Source: Squalus acanthias
Taxonomy: Eukaryota
Assembly (NCBI GenBank): GCA_030390025.1
Contig: JASTWF010000236.1
Coordinates: 62,001-126,000, forward strand
DNA length: 64,000 nt
Reading direction: 5' to 3'
Both the position numbers and the translations under genes were made by a program. Positions 62,701-64,000 of the stretch are shown here, piece after piece. Numbering within the stretch: the first letter of the stretch is position 1; every line of letters begins with the position of its first letter. Under the pieces are notes generated by a model that was given only the letters and a program-made list of their open reading frames with translations, had not been told where the DNA came from and ran no database searches.

Positions 62701-63797
62701 AGTATCTGCCAAACTGTTCAGTAATGTATATGAATCTGATTGATGTGTAATGAACATTTTTTCCATTCCCTTGTCCTGAAACCAGTAACTCATTCTGGCT
62801 TACAGTTCCACAGGTGGCAATTTTTGAGCCTACACTTTGACAGCTGTCTGTTGCTCATCTGTGGAGAGGGGACCCATGGTTGACACAGATTGTGTCTCTG
62901 CACCTGCATTTTGTCAGCTGAGATCACTTGCTCAGGATCCGAAGGACTAGGAGCCCAGTGTTTTTCTACTGCCTCGGGATCACCAAACCAAAACTGTAGG
63001 GTGCCATTTCGATCAGTAAACTCAGCACAAACCAGGAATTGAATGACCAGAGCCACAATTATCCTTTGAGTTATCAGGGATTGTTGTGAAAATTCTTATT
63101 TCCTGGGATCATGGTGGCAGTCTTGGAATATATACATAGCTGCTAAATTTTTGCTGAAAAGTTTCTTCTTCCCTGAATGAAGCTGCATGACCTCCTTAGT
63201 GCAGACCCTATTCCGTCAGTACTTTACACCCAGTATTTATTTCATTAATTTTTAAAATGCTATGCTTTGTTAAACTGTCAGCTTCAATCTTAACTGATGG
63301 TCTGACCACCTGCTGTTTTCAGAAAACAATGGAGTTCTCCGAGGTGTCATTCTGGGTCAGCTGGTCAGACAGAAAGACGGCAAGTTGGGTTAGGTGAGGC
63401 AAAGAGTCTGAATGTGGCAGAGCAGGAGAGAGAGTGATCCTTATATATTTTAAAAAAAAAAGGGAAGAGAGCTAAAAATAAAAAGTAGAAAATGGGGCTG
63501 TCAAGCGCATAAAAATAGTCGTGGTCAACGTGGCCCAATAGTCAATCGAAAGAAGAAAAGGTAATGGTAAACTGAAGCACTAAAGGTGAAGGACTTGTGA
63601 ATGTTGTTTCGTTCATTGGATAGAAAGACGATTACTTGTATCTACTATCAAACTGAGCTCCAATTTCACAGAAGTACTTCATCATAAACCGTTCAGTTTG
63701 AGTTTTTCTATATAATTCGGTGTAATATCAGTAATAAAATAAACTTGAATTAGAATGATGCAGTAATCTTATCAATTAAATATGCAAATAAAACCAA

Positions 63798-63870
63798 GCT
63801 TCCTGCATTACAACAGTAACTACACTTCAAAAAGTACTTCATTGGCTGTAAAGCGCTTTGGGACGTCTGG
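63798..63870 (+). mobile_element. SINE tail fragment
   Basis: cattacaacagtaactacacttcaaaaagtacttcattggctgtaaagcgctttgggac. Confidence 0.7.
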
Positions 63871-64000
63871 TTTTTCTTTTATTAACTCTGCTTGGAATTT
63901 TCAATCAAGAAATTAATTGGGATTAATATTTTAATTGTTTGACAGCCCATGTGCGCAGATGTTGCGGTGATGCCCTCCACAGTTGGGAGACCGGTGCCAA

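Noticed and set aside
51917-64000. Search for SUFU exon 3 (FTGTDGPSGFGFELTFRL)
   Set aside because: Not found by eye or in the ORF track; it presumably lies beyond the window, consistent with a long intron 2.

Overview
Vertebrate genomic DNA, almost certainly a cartilaginous fish (shark/ray), judging by SacSINE1/DeuSINE-like SINEs, abundant CR1/L2 LINEs and Penelope elements. The only host gene recognisable is SUFU on the + strand: exon 1 CDS 42190-42326 and exon 2 51782-51916, with exon 3 not seen. It is preceded by a CpG-rich promoter containing an 11-copy GCGAATCAG minisatellite. The 41 kb upstream is largely transposon-derived. It holds two young ~4.4-kb Ty3/Gypsy LTR retrotransposons of one family in head-to-head orientation (2681-7117 minus, 18500-22933 plus), several PIF/Harbinger-type MITE families with 3-bp TSDs, a Penelope element with hammerhead ribozyme motifs, and many CR1, L2, RTE, Tx1 and SINE fragments. 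The most notable system is the Gypsy family. Its RT catalytic motif is YLDN rather than YXDD. It has no tRNA primer-binding site; instead the 11 nt after the 5' LTR are perfectly complementary to an 11-nt LTR segment that also contains the probable poly(A) signal, which points to self-priming outside the chromovirus lineage. Boundaries of old repeats are approximate, read by eye.
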